Origin: a virus
Lineage: Duplodnaviria; Caudoviricetes
Strand: one strand, 5' to 3'
Virus record (IMG/VR): IMGVR_UViG_3300036987_000420
Coordinates: 1 to 64,000 of that record
Length of the DNA stretch: 64,000 nucleotides
Shown here in pieces: positions 27,572 to 36,791 of the stretch. The position numbers and the translations under genes were made by a program. How positions within the stretch are numbered: the stretch's first letter is position 1; every line of letters begins with the position of its first letter. The notes beneath the pieces were generated by a model that was not told the origin of the DNA, did not search any database, and saw only the letters and a program-made list of their open reading frames with translations.

Positions 27572-27804
27572 GCGCCCGAACGGTCCAGAGCGCCCGTATC
27601 GTCCGCACGCCCGCCGGGCTCGCCTGGCAGCTCGGCGACGGCGCTGGCGGCAAGCTGCGGCGCGAGCTCGCTGTGCTGCTGCGGTTCCCGAAGGGCGGCG
27701 GGACGTACGCCTTGGCCAGCGTCCAGGCCGACCACTACCCCGAGGGCACGACGCTCGAGGTCGAGGGCCGCGGGCTCGTGCGGGACGAGCGAGGCGGGCG
27801 ATGA
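27568..27804 (+). CDS. Hypothetical protein
   Basis: ATGA coupling, GGAGG RBS. Confidence 0.5.
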   Translation: MSARTVQSARIVRTPAGLAWQLGDGAGGKLRRELAVLLRFPKGGGTYALASVQADHYPEGTTLEVEGRGLVRDERGGR

Positions 27805-27998
27805 GCCGGCTCGCCATCGTCCCGCTCGCGGTCGGCTACATGGCCGGCGCCTGGCCGGTCCCGGGCTGGCTGCTCGCGCCCGTGGCCGTGGTGCTCTCCG
27901 GGCCGCTCGCGCCGCTGACCCTGGCAGGTGTCGTGACGGGCGCCGCGGCGTGGGGGCTGTGGGCCGCTCGCTGCGTCTGGGCTGGAGGTGCCGCATGA
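27801..27998 (+). CDS. Small membrane protein
   Basis: Almost entirely hydrophobic; coupled. Confidence 0.5.
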   Translation: MSRLAIVPLAVGYMAGAWPVPGWLLAPVAVVLSGPLAPLTLAGVVTGAAAWGLWAARCVWAGGAA

Positions 27999-28717
27999 GC
28001 ACCGCACACCTCGCCATCGACGCCGGGCCGTCCTGCGGCTGCGTCGCGATCGGCTGGCCCTCGACCTGCCAGCGCCCGCCCTACCTCGTCGTCGTGCGGG
28101 CCTGGGAGCGCCCCGAGGACGTCCCGGCGGCGCAGGACTGGGTGCGCCGGATGCTCGGGTCGCTGCCCTACCGGCTGGCGCCGGAGTGGACCTGCGAGCG
28201 GCCGTTCGTCACGAGCAACCGCCCCGCGGCCGGTGCCGCGCAGTGGGCGTCGCTCGAGGACTGGGCGCACCTCGCCGGCGAGCTCGGTGCGCGGCTGACG
28301 CACGTGGACGGCCGGTCCTGGCGGGAGCCGTTCGGCATCCCGTCGTCGGACCCCGCTCCAGCCGCACGCTCCTGGCTCACGCTGCTCTACCCCGGGCTGC
28401 AGCTCGGCGAGCGCGACCACACGAGCGACGCCGTCCGCGGTGTGCTCGTGGCGCTTCCTGGTGGCGCAGCGTGGGCCCAGGCCGAGCTCGCCGCGGCCGT
28501 CACGGCCGGACGGCCCGAGGCGCTGGCCGTCGTGGCGGCGTGCAGCCGCCGGAAACGGAAGGCGAAGGGCAAGAGGGCGGGGGCGGGGGGCAACCCGGCA
28601 GACATCACGCCGGAGCGCGCCGCACGGCTCACCGGCGACGTCCGGGAGTACCTGGAGCGGCGCGCCGCGGCCGGAGACGCCCGGGCGGTGCGGGCGCTCG
28701 CAACCTGGGGAGGCTGA
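27995..28717 (+). CDS. RuvC-like Holliday junction resolvase (tentative)
   Basis: HLAIDAG..CG, CERPF, H.SDAV: RNase H-fold acidic residues; nin-region position. Confidence 0.55.
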   Translation: MSTAHLAIDAGPSCGCVAIGWPSTCQRPPYLVVVRAWERPEDVPAAQDWVRRMLGSLPYRLAPEWTCERPFVTSNRPAAGAAQWASLEDWAHLAGELGARLTHVDGRSWREPFGIPSSDPAPAARSWLTLLYPGLQLGERDHTSDAVRGVLVALPGGAAWAQAELAAAVTAGRPEALAVVAACSRRKRKAKGKRAGAGGNPADITPERAARLTGDVREYLERRAAAGDARAVRALATWGG

Positions 28718-28721
28718 CCCG

Positions 28722-29060
28722 ATGCACGAGGCGAGAGCGGAGTACCTGGAGCGGATGGGCGAGCACGAGCCGGCGAAGCGGGAGCGGGCCGCGGCCGAGG
28801 AGGGCTGGCTGAAGATGCTGGCCAACGGCACGCCGCCGGAGGTGGTCGAGCACCTCCAGGCCGAGGCGCGCCGGATGGGCGCCGAGCACGCCCGGCGGCG
28901 GATGGAGGCGGCGGCCCGCAGGCTCGCGAAGCAGCGCGCCACGGCGAAGCGGCGGGCGTTCCGGAAGGGGCGTCGGCCGAAGCCCGTCGAGCCGTACCGG
29001 CCGGGAACGTTGCTGCCGGAGTACGCGGGCCTGTTCAACGCAGCGAGCGACGAGGGCTGA
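28722..29060 (+). CDS. Hypothetical basic protein
   Basis: GGGAGG RBS. Confidence 0.5.
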   Translation: MHEARAEYLERMGEHEPAKRERAAAEEGWLKMLANGTPPEVVEHLQAEARRMGAEHARRRMEAAARRLAKQRATAKRRAFRKGRRPKPVEPYRPGTLLPEYAGLFNAASDEG

Positions 29061-29063
29061 AGC

Positions 29064-29828
29064 ATGGCACGTCCGCCCGTCCCGACGACGAATCCGCTGG
29101 GCGCCCGCATTCGGTCGGCCCGCGAGGCGCGTGGCCTGAGCCTCGTCGAGCTGGCGGCGCGACTCGGCGTGAACCCGCGAACCGTTCGGGCCGCCGAGAT
29201 GGAGGGGCGCGGCAAGGCCGTCCCGCTGGCGTGCGACATGCTCGGCGTCTCCTGCAACGTCGACGACGACTGCGACGACGACTGCGACGCCGCGGACCCT
29301 CGTGCGTGCCAGGAACCCCGCGTCCCGAGCGGCCCGCCGGCCGCCTGTTCCTCTTTTGCGACCGAGAGTGAGACGCGGCGCGTCATGGAATCCGCCGCCA
29401 GCGCGGACCAGCGCGAACGCGGCCCAGACGCGTTTGCGCCGATGCCGACTGCGACGACGACTGCGACGACGGCGACGACTGCACCGTCGGCCGGTGCGAC
29501 CCCTGCACGTCTCCGCGTCGGCCGACGCGCCAACGGCTCGCTGCGGGGCGTCACGCTGAACATCAGGCGGATCGGGCAGGAAGTGCGCGTTTCTGGGCTC
29601 CAGCCGCCATCGATGCGAGAGATGCTGGCCGACCTGAGCACGCAGGCGCTGCGGGCCTGCGTCGTCGTCGCGCTGCGGCAGGACGGCTCCCGGTTCTGGG
29701 AGATCCAGATGGGCGCCGCACGGTCCCAGGCGGAGCTCGACGCGCTGGTCGCGGGGCTGCGGTACGCGGAGCACGACCTGTTGAGCGAGTGCGCGCAGAC
29801 GGTCCACGACACGGGCGGGAGGGGCTGA
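29064..29828 (+). CDS. XRE-family HTH protein with low-complexity linker
   Basis: LGARIRSAREARGLSLVELAARLGVNPRTVRAAE. Confidence 0.75.
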   Translation: MARPPVPTTNPLGARIRSAREARGLSLVELAARLGVNPRTVRAAEMEGRGKAVPLACDMLGVSCNVDDDCDDDCDAADPRACQEPRVPSGPPAACSSFATESETRRVMESAASADQRERGPDAFAPMPTATTTATTATTAPSAGATPARLRVGRRANGSLRGVTLNIRRIGQEVRVSGLQPPSMREMLADLSTQALRACVVVALRQDGSRFWEIQMGAARSQAELDALVAGLRYAEHDLLSECAQTVHDTGGRG

Positions 29829-30523
29829 TGTCGGCGGCGCGGGCGATGACGACGAGCGAGCAGGAGCCGGCGCGTGAGTCTATCAGGCCGGCCTGCCCGC
29901 ACTGCGGCGACTCCGGGCGGCGCTCCGTCCGCGGGCGTCCGGACGGTCACCTCGTCACCGCGTGCGAGGCCTGCGGCCACGACGTCGAGGACCTCGGCAT
30001 CTACGACGAGATGCTGCGCGCCGCGGAGAAAGCGCGGCTGCGGGCCGTGGGCGGCGGCGACATGCCGTTGTTCGGCAGCGTCGGCGCGGCGATCGGCTGG
30101 TATCTGCGGCAGCGCGAGCGCCTGATGGGGTCGCGCTCGCTCGACGACATGCTGGCCGAGCGGCTGGCCTACGGCTGCGCCATCAAGGGCGGGAGCGGCT
30201 CGACCCGGGAGCCGCGGGTGCTCCAGGTCGCCCGCATCGCGGCCTGCCTGCCCGACACGACCGACACGAGCGGCCGGCCCGTCGTCGAGGCAGAGGTGGC
30301 GCTCGCGATGCTGCTGCTCACCACGGGGGGCGGAGGTGGCGGGTCGGGGGCGGGGAGCGGAGGAGGAGGGCTCGGCCGCGAGGCCGCCGCGGCGTTGTGC
30401 CGCGAGCGGTGGGGGGCCGAGTGGGGTGACCAGCGGTGCCGCGCGCTGCTCCAGCGGGCGCTGGCCGAGACGAGGGCGCGGATGCAGGAGCGCGGCATCC
30501 TGCGGCGGGGGTGGGGGGGATGA
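29828..30523 (+). CDS. Zn-ribbon protein, candidate late-gene regulator
   Basis: CPHC...CEAC; position just before the packaging genes. Confidence 0.5.
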   Translation: MSAARAMTTSEQEPARESIRPACPHCGDSGRRSVRGRPDGHLVTACEACGHDVEDLGIYDEMLRAAEKARLRAVGGGDMPLFGSVGAAIGWYLRQRERLMGSRSLDDMLAERLAYGCAIKGGSGSTREPRVLQVARIAACLPDTTDTSGRPVVEAEVALAMLLLTTGGGGGGSGAGSGGGGLGREAAAALCRERWGAEWGDQRCRALLQRALAETRARMQERGILRRGWGG

Positions 30524-30524
30524 C

Positions 30525-30749
30525 GTGACCCGCCGCTGCAATAGACCGCGTCAGCGGCGTTACGTCTGCGCGCAGTGCGGCGCTCCGGCCTCTTACTGGT
30601 CGTGGAAGCTGCGGCGCCGGCGGGCAAGCGCCGACCACGACCTCTGCGAGCGTTGCTGGCAGGCCGAGGAGGACGCCCTCCTCGCCGCGCAAACGCCCGC
30701 CCAGCGCGGCCCGGACGGGCGCACCGGGGACAGCCGGAGGGGGTCATAG
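30525..30749 (+). CDS. Small CxxC..CxxC protein
   Basis: CAQC...CERC. Confidence 0.45.
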   Translation: MTRRCNRPRQRRYVCAQCGAPASYWSWKLRRRRASADHDLCERCWQAEEDALLAAQTPAQRGPDGRTGDSRRGS

Positions 30750-30927
30750 AGGGGCCGCCCGAGGGGGGCTCGGGGAAACATGCAGGGGTGGATCCGAAAA
30801 AAGTGCTTGCGCTGGATCCGGAGATCCGTATGTTTCTGTCATGCTCTGATTCGTGTGAGAGGCGCCCGGGATTCCCGCGGCGCCTTTCGTGTTTTCAGGC
30901 ACTTACGTGACTGGAGGTCGCGACGGT

Positions 30928-31536
30928 GTGGCGGAGCGAACGACACCGGGGCGCCCTCACCGCGCGAAGTCGCACAAGACCCCGCGCGCGCAGTGGCGCC
31001 CGAAGCCGCACCATCGCCGCGCCGCCCTGCTGAGAGCGATCGGGAAGACCTGGGACCAAGTCGCCGCCGACCTGGGCTACCGGGCCGAGACCGTCCGGCA
31101 CTACTCCACCCTCCCGGGCTGGGATGACCTGGTCGCCAAGCAGGTGGTCGGCGAGGGCCGCCGCATCCTCGACGAGGCCTTCATCCCGGTCGTCCGGGAG
31201 ATGATCTCGCTGGCGCTCAGGCGGCCCGAACGGAAGAGCGCGGACGACGAGAGCGTCGTCGCGCCGAAGGACGCGGTGAAGGCCGCCGAGTGGCTGGCCG
31301 ACGTCTGGAAGCGCCTGGGCCCGCTGCGCGAGAAGGACCCCGACGACGCGCCGCCCGATGGCGCTGCCCCATCCGGCACGCTCGGCACCGTGACGGTCGC
31401 GGGGAGCATCCGCTCGCGGGTGGCGCCGGCGCCCACGACCGCCGGCGCCCCCTCGTCGGCGCCTTCATCCGCCGGCCCGCCGCCGACCGCGAGGAGCCGC
31501 CAGCGTGGCGACGAGGACGGCGACGCGGAGGGGTAG
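30928..31536 (+). CDS. terS: Terminase small subunit (tentative)
   Basis: N-terminal HTH (RRAALLRAIGKTWDQVAADLG..AETVRHY); immediately upstream of terL; GGAGG RBS. Confidence 0.65.
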   Translation: MAERTTPGRPHRAKSHKTPRAQWRPKPHHRRAALLRAIGKTWDQVAADLGYRAETVRHYSTLPGWDDLVAKQVVGEGRRILDEAFIPVVREMISLALRRPERKSADDESVVAPKDAVKAAEWLADVWKRLGPLREKDPDDAPPDGAAPSGTLGTVTVAGSIRSRVAPAPTTAGAPSSAPSSAGPPPTARSRQRGDEDGDAEG

Positions 31537-33202
31537 ACGCCCGACGCGCCTGCAGCCGGACCTCACTCGAGGGGCCTGGGGCTGGAACGAGGCCGGCACC
31601 GTCTGGGTGCCGCCGCAGTTCGCCGGGGTCGACGTCGAGGTCGACCTGTTCGGTGAGTACGCGCCCATCCCGCCGGCCGAGCGTCTCGCTGCGTCGGCCG
31701 CCCGCGAGCTGAACGCCTGCGCCAGCCGCGGCGGCGGGAAGAGCTACAACACCGGCCGCGTCGCGGCCGAGCGGATGCACGAGGACTCCGTCCGCATCCG
31801 CATGGTCGGCGACCTGGTGTTCCCCAAGGGGCACTTCGACCGCTGGTTCGAAGCGGTCGTCGGGCGCCCAGGGCAGCCCGTGCCGCTCGCCCAGGAGCGG
31901 TTGAAGAAGGTCAAGGCGCCGTGCCCGTTCTGGGTCGTGGCGCCCGACTACGACCTGGCCGACATCCAGGCGCAGGAGCAGGACGAGGTCTGGTCGCGCT
32001 GGGCCGACGAGCTCGGCGTGAAGTTGTTCGGCCGCACCCTGTGGGTGCTCGGCCTGGGCATCCGGATCGACTTCCGCTCGGGCGAGAAGCCGAAGAAGCT
32101 GGTCGGCCGCAACCTCCTCGGGGTGCTCTACGAGGAGGCCGCGCGCCTCAAGCCAGCCGTCTTCGACAACGTCCAGCCGGCGCTCGACCGCCGCAACGGT
32201 TGGTCGATCAGCAACACGACCCCGGACGGCAAGAACGCCTACTGGGAGCAGCGCTGGGCGCGGGGCGACAAGGCCGCGGCCGAGGAGGCCGGTCACCCCG
32301 ACCGCTACGAGCCGCCCGACTCCGACGAGGAGGCCGCCCGCCCGACGCCGAAGCGCCCCTGGCGCATCTGGGCGCAGGGCTGCCGCAACGTCCACTGGAC
32401 GGCGGCCGAGAACACGGCCCTGCCGAACCTCGCCGTCGAGATGGAGCGGGCGCGGAAGCGCCTCGGCTCGCGGTCGCTGGCCTACCTGCAGAACTGGGCG
32501 GCGTCGTTCGACACGCCGACCGGCGCCATCTGGGGCGCGCTCAACCCGGCGGTCCACCTGCGGGACGTCGACGAGGCGCTGTTCGTCGAGCGCGTCGCCG
32601 GCTACGACCCCGGCTACGGACGGACGGGTTTCGCCGCCGGCGCCCTGGGCTTCTTCGGACGCCTGAAGGACGGCCGCTGGCACTGCTACTGGGCGATGCT
32701 GGCGCAGGGCGTCCTGTCCAGCCCGCCCATGGGCGTGCAGGCGCAGTCGACGCGGACCTGGCTGGGCATCGCGCTCGCCGAGATCGAGCGCGTCCGGGCC
32801 CACTACGGGCAGGACGTGCCGGTCTTCATCGACCCGAGCGCCCAGGACGACATCGCGAAGTGGGTGGCGTCGGGCATCGACGCCCGCCCGGCGAACAACC
32901 ACGTCCGCGGCGGCCTCGCCACGGTCGAGGAGCTGCTCGCGTACGAGCCGGACAGCGCCGTCTACGAGGAGCGCTGGCCGCACCTGACGTTCGCGACGGA
33001 CATCATGGTCGAGGTTTGGCGGCAGCTCCTGCGCTACCGCTGGGCGCAGGACACGGCGGGCCGCAACCTGCCGTGGCCGCACAAGGAAGACGACCACTCC
33101 TGCGACATGACGCGCTACGCGATGCACAGCGTGGGCGCCATCGTGACCGCGGGCGGCGGCGGCCAGCCGGACGAGTGGGATCCGGTGGGCCACCTGATGT
33201 GA
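31505..33202 (+). CDS. terL: Terminase large subunit
   Basis: ASRGGGKS Walker A, LYEEAA Walker B, SNTTP motif C, GYDPG and DDH.CD..RY nuclease residues. Confidence 0.88.
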   Translation: MATRTATRRGRRPTRLQPDLTRGAWGWNEAGTVWVPPQFAGVDVEVDLFGEYAPIPPAERLAASAARELNACASRGGGKSYNTGRVAAERMHEDSVRIRMVGDLVFPKGHFDRWFEAVVGRPGQPVPLAQERLKKVKAPCPFWVVAPDYDLADIQAQEQDEVWSRWADELGVKLFGRTLWVLGLGIRIDFRSGEKPKKLVGRNLLGVLYEEAARLKPAVFDNVQPALDRRNGWSISNTTPDGKNAYWEQRWARGDKAAAEEAGHPDRYEPPDSDEEAARPTPKRPWRIWAQGCRNVHWTAAENTALPNLAVEMERARKRLGSRSLAYLQNWAASFDTPTGAIWGALNPAVHLRDVDEALFVERVAGYDPGYGRTGFAAGALGFFGRLKDGRWHCYWAMLAQGVLSSPPMGVQAQSTRTWLGIALAEIERVRAHYGQDVPVFIDPSAQDDIAKWVASGIDARPANNHVRGGLATVEELLAYEPDSAVYEERWPHLTFATDIMVEVWRQLLRYRWAQDTAGRNLPWPHKEDDHSCDMTRYAMHSVGAIVTAGGGGQPDEWDPVGHLM

Positions 33203-33208
33203 GCGGCG

Positions 33209-34930
33209 ATGCGGTGGGTCGACGCAGCCCGTGGCCGGGTGTCGTCGGCCGCCGCGCGCGCCGCCGCTGTGGCGCTCGGCGCGCTGACGACGACGGACCT
33301 CGTTGGCTGGGAGGCATCGAACGCCGTGGCCGGAGGGACCGCCAGACAGCGCCGCATCTGGGACCTGGAGCGGCTGTACCTGGGTAGGCAGTACGCCGAT
33401 CGCGCGCCCTGGGAGGCTCAGCCCGGGCAGCTCCAGGTCATCCCGGTCCGGCTGCGGAAGCCCTCCACGCAGAGCGGCCTCGGCGAAGAGATCGTCGACC
33501 GCTACACGGCGCTGGCAGGGCGCCCCCGCTTCGCCGTGCCGGACGACGACGACGCGACCGAGCTGCTCCAGCGTCTGCTGCGCGCCTCCGGCTTCGGCGG
33601 TGCCTGGTCGGACGCCTTCACGCTCGGCCTGTGTCCCGGCAGCGGCCCGCTCGTCTTCTCGTGGCGCTTCGGCGTCCCCCGGGCGCGCATCTACGGCCCG
33701 GCCTACTGTGAGCCGGTGTGGGCCGAGACGGCCGAGACGGCCGAGGACCTCGCCGCGGCGACGAAGTTCGGCATCGCGCCCGACGATCTCGTGCGCCTGT
33801 CGGTCCGCTACATCGACGAACGGGAGGAAGGCGGCCAGCCCGCCGACGTCTGGGTCCGCGAGGACCTGACGCCGACGGCCATCGTCCGCTACCAGGAGCT
33901 GCGCGTCGTCTACGACACGCCGCAGACCCGCAGCGACCCGCGGGCGCCGCGCCCGGAGGACTGGAAGCCGGACGCGAAGCGGAGCATCGAGCACGGCTGG
34001 GGCTTCGTACCCGCCGAGTGGCTCCGCCCGCTGGGTGAGTACGGCGGGGCCGTGGACGGACCGTGCCTGCTCGGTGAGCCGGACGGGCCGCTGGCCACGC
34101 TCATCGCCGAGTGGGACCTCACGATGAGCCTGGCGGGCCGGGCGGCACACCGCAACGCGGCGCCCACGCCGTTCTTCGCCGGTCTGCCGATCGACCTGCT
34201 GAAGAAGTTCGACCCGGCCAAGCCGTTCGCCGCGCCCAGCAAGGACGCGACGTTCAAGTTCATGGAGTCGGCGGGGGAGGGGGTCGTCAAGGCCCACGCC
34301 CACGCCGACAAGCTGAAGGCGCGCGCCTACGAGCTCGCGCAGGTCGTCGTGCACAACCCGGAGGCCGGCGGCGAGCCGTCGGGCGAGGCGCTCCGGTTGA
34401 AGTTCATGCCGATGATCGTGCGTGTCGCCGAGTGGCGCGACGAGGTCGAGCCGCAGGCTGAGCGCTTCGCCGAGAAGATGCTGCGCGCGGCGCTCGCCGA
34501 GGCGAAGAAGGGCGGTCTCGCCGCGGCGCTGCTGCGCCGCGAGGGGGGCGCGGCAGAGACGGGCCGGGTCGGCGCCGACACGGCGGCCGGCTCGCCCCTC
34601 CAGCCGAAGCGCACCATCGTGCAGGCGACATGGGCGGCGCCCATCCCGCTCACGATGGCGGACCGCCAGCGGGCCGTGCAGACGGCGTCGCAGGCGCGCC
34701 TGGCGCAGCTCGTGCCGCAGGCCGAGGCCGTGCGCTTCGTGGCGCAGCACGCCTTCGAGGACATGGACGCCGAGAAGGCGCTCGCGGACCTCGAGGCCGA
34801 GGGCGGCGCCGAACGCGCCGCGTACACGGCGAGGGCCGGAACGGCCGGGCGGCCGGTCGCGGCAGCCGCCGGCGGCACGGCCGAGACCGCCGCCTCCGGC
34901 GAGGCGGGAACGACGGTCACGACGGGCTGA
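33209..34930 (+). CDS. Portal protein (SPP1-like)
   Basis: Follows terL; LERLYLG.QY, EH.WGFVP.EW, SGEALRLKF..M. Confidence 0.8.
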   Translation: MRWVDAARGRVSSAAARAAAVALGALTTTDLVGWEASNAVAGGTARQRRIWDLERLYLGRQYADRAPWEAQPGQLQVIPVRLRKPSTQSGLGEEIVDRYTALAGRPRFAVPDDDDATELLQRLLRASGFGGAWSDAFTLGLCPGSGPLVFSWRFGVPRARIYGPAYCEPVWAETAETAEDLAAATKFGIAPDDLVRLSVRYIDEREEGGQPADVWVREDLTPTAIVRYQELRVVYDTPQTRSDPRAPRPEDWKPDAKRSIEHGWGFVPAEWLRPLGEYGGAVDGPCLLGEPDGPLATLIAEWDLTMSLAGRAAHRNAAPTPFFAGLPIDLLKKFDPAKPFAAPSKDATFKFMESAGEGVVKAHAHADKLKARAYELAQVVVHNPEAGGEPSGEALRLKFMPMIVRVAEWRDEVEPQAERFAEKMLRAALAEAKKGGLAAALLRREGGAAETGRVGADTAAGSPLQPKRTIVQATWAAPIPLTMADRQRAVQTASQARLAQLVPQAEAVRFVAQHAFEDMDAEKALADLEAEGGAERAAYTARAGTAGRPVAAAAGGTAETAASGEAGTTVTTG

Positions 34931-34952
34931 GCGGCCCGCGGACAGGTGAGCC

Positions 34953-36425
34953 GTGGCACGCGACGCTGGCGCCGAGGTCCGCGACGTCCTGCGGCGACAG
35001 CGGGCCCAGCTCGACGGGCTGACCGAGGACGCGCAGCGGAAGATTGCCGCGCTCCTCGAGGACACGCAGCGCGACCTCGAGCGCGAGCTGCGGCGCTACC
35101 AGGACAGCGCCCCGGACAGCTTCACGGCGCAGGACTACCGCGTCGCGATGGCGCGGGTCCGGACGATCGCGCAGGGCCTGGAGGACCGGCTGGCCGTGCG
35201 CGAGGCGGGGCCGGGCGGCAAGGGCCTGCTCGTCGACTTCGGAGAGCGTGCCCGAGGCCTCGGGCTCGACCACCTCGAGGAGCAGATCACGCGCTTCTCG
35301 GCGGTCTTCGAGGGCACGACGCGGCCGGTGAACCTGCGGGCCGTGGCCCGCACGCTCGACGAGGTGCTGCTCGAGCGCTTCGAGACGAGCGTCCGGAGCT
35401 ACGGCTTCGACGGCGTGAAGGCGATCCAGCGCGAGCTCGCTCAGGCGCAGCTCGCGGGGCGCTTCCCGCGGCAGCACGCCGACCGCGTGATGGAGGTCAC
35501 GGGCTTCGGCGAGCGCGAGCGCTGGAAGGCGGACCGCATCGTCCGGACCGAGCTGGCGCACAGCTACTCGGCGGCGCACCTCGAGGGGCTGCGGGCGGCG
35601 AACGAGGCCGACCCGGGCTACCGGAAGAAGCTCGTCGCGACCCGCGACGACCGGGTCGGGTCCGACAGCATCTTCGTCGACGGCCAGGTGCGGGAACTCG
35701 ACGAGCCCTTCGAGGACAACGAGGGCCGCGTCTACCAGCACCCGCCGAACCGCCCGAACGACCGCGAGGTCGAGGTGGCGACCCGGGCGGAGTGGGAGGA
35801 CGAAGCGTCCGGCAGCGAGGCCGGCGAGGGAACGCTCGTCAAGGACGAGGACCCGGCCGGAACCGCAGCGGTGTACGGCGACGCCCGCGAGAACCACCGC
35901 GAAGCGTTCGAGGCGGCGAAGAGCTACGCGGAGCGCGTCGGGGCCGGGTTCGATGTTGATGGCGCGCCGGGCACCGGGGAGTACGTCACGCCGTTCAGCC
36001 GCGGCAAGGCTCCGGCATCCGGCGGCATCCGGGTGGGAGACCCACCCGACATCTCGACCGTGGCGCACGAGACGGTCCACCTGCGATTCTTTGAGCGGGA
36101 GGGCTTCCCGAAGTACCACGACTTCCGCCGGGGGGCGACGACCGAGGCCCGTATCGAATCCGCGCGGCGCCTGCTATTGAACGACGCAGAGGCCTATCGT
36201 GCCGAGCTCGTGCTGGCCGACCGGCTGCTGGCGGATCAGGCAGAGCTCGCGGAGACGAAGCGCCGCATCCTGCAGCTCGGCGAGCGGCGGATGCGCGAGG
36301 TGGCGGTCCAGCTCAAGCTGGATGCGCAGCACGTCGACGAGGCCGTCGCCGTGCTGCGGGGCGATGGCGAGCCTGTCGACCGTCTTGCCGAGGATGTGAT
36401 TGAGATGCTCCTCGGAAGGCAGTAA
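34953..36425 (+). CDS. MuF/SPP1 gp7-like minor head protein with C-terminal HExxH metallopeptidase-like domain
   Basis: ADRIVRTE.A.SY, KKLVATRDDRV, PP..PNDR (MuF core); then VAHETVH...E. Confidence 0.82.
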   Translation: MARDAGAEVRDVLRRQRAQLDGLTEDAQRKIAALLEDTQRDLERELRRYQDSAPDSFTAQDYRVAMARVRTIAQGLEDRLAVREAGPGGKGLLVDFGERARGLGLDHLEEQITRFSAVFEGTTRPVNLRAVARTLDEVLLERFETSVRSYGFDGVKAIQRELAQAQLAGRFPRQHADRVMEVTGFGERERWKADRIVRTELAHSYSAAHLEGLRAANEADPGYRKKLVATRDDRVGSDSIFVDGQVRELDEPFEDNEGRVYQHPPNRPNDREVEVATRAEWEDEASGSEAGEGTLVKDEDPAGTAAVYGDARENHREAFEAAKSYAERVGAGFDVDGAPGTGEYVTPFSRGKAPASGGIRVGDPPDISTVAHETVHLRFFEREGFPKYHDFRRGATTEARIESARRLLLNDAEAYRAELVLADRLLADQAELAETKRRILQLGERRMREVAVQLKLDAQHVDEAVAVLRGDGEPVDRLAEDVIEMLLGRQ

Positions 36426-36426
36426 C

Positions 36427-36699
36427 ATGACGGACATGGCAGGCGTTCTACAGGGCATGACCGCCGAGCAGGTCGACATGTTCCTCTTCGAGGCGACGCC
36501 CGAGGACGCGTCGCGGCTCCTCGCGGTATTCGATGACCCGGATGCCGTCCGCGACGACCTGCTACGCGCCACGTGGCGACTGCGCGAGCTCGGTCACCCG
36601 CTGTACGACGAGGCGGCCCAGCGCTACCTCAGCGATCCCCGGACGCAGATGCCCGGTCCGCTCGGAATGAGTGCTGAGTCTGAGCTGACCTCGTACTGA
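36427..36699 (+). CDS. Small acidic protein, candidate immunity protein of the MuF toxin domain
   Basis: Starts 1 nt after the MuF stop; shares its atypical codon usage. Confidence 0.55.
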   Translation: MTDMAGVLQGMTAEQVDMFLFEATPEDASRLLAVFDDPDAVRDDLLRATWRLRELGHPLYDEAAQRYLSDPRTQMPGPLGMSAESELTSY

Positions 36700-36791
36700 C
36701 GGCAGCCGCGACACGGATTCGGTTACGTCTGGGCCCGCCCCTCCCTGCGAGGGCGCGGGCCTTCGTGTTCTCAGACCCCGAGGAGCAGCCG

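Noticed and set aside
31217-35065. 1282-aa minus-strand ORF
   Set aside because: Antisense shadow of terL and portal.
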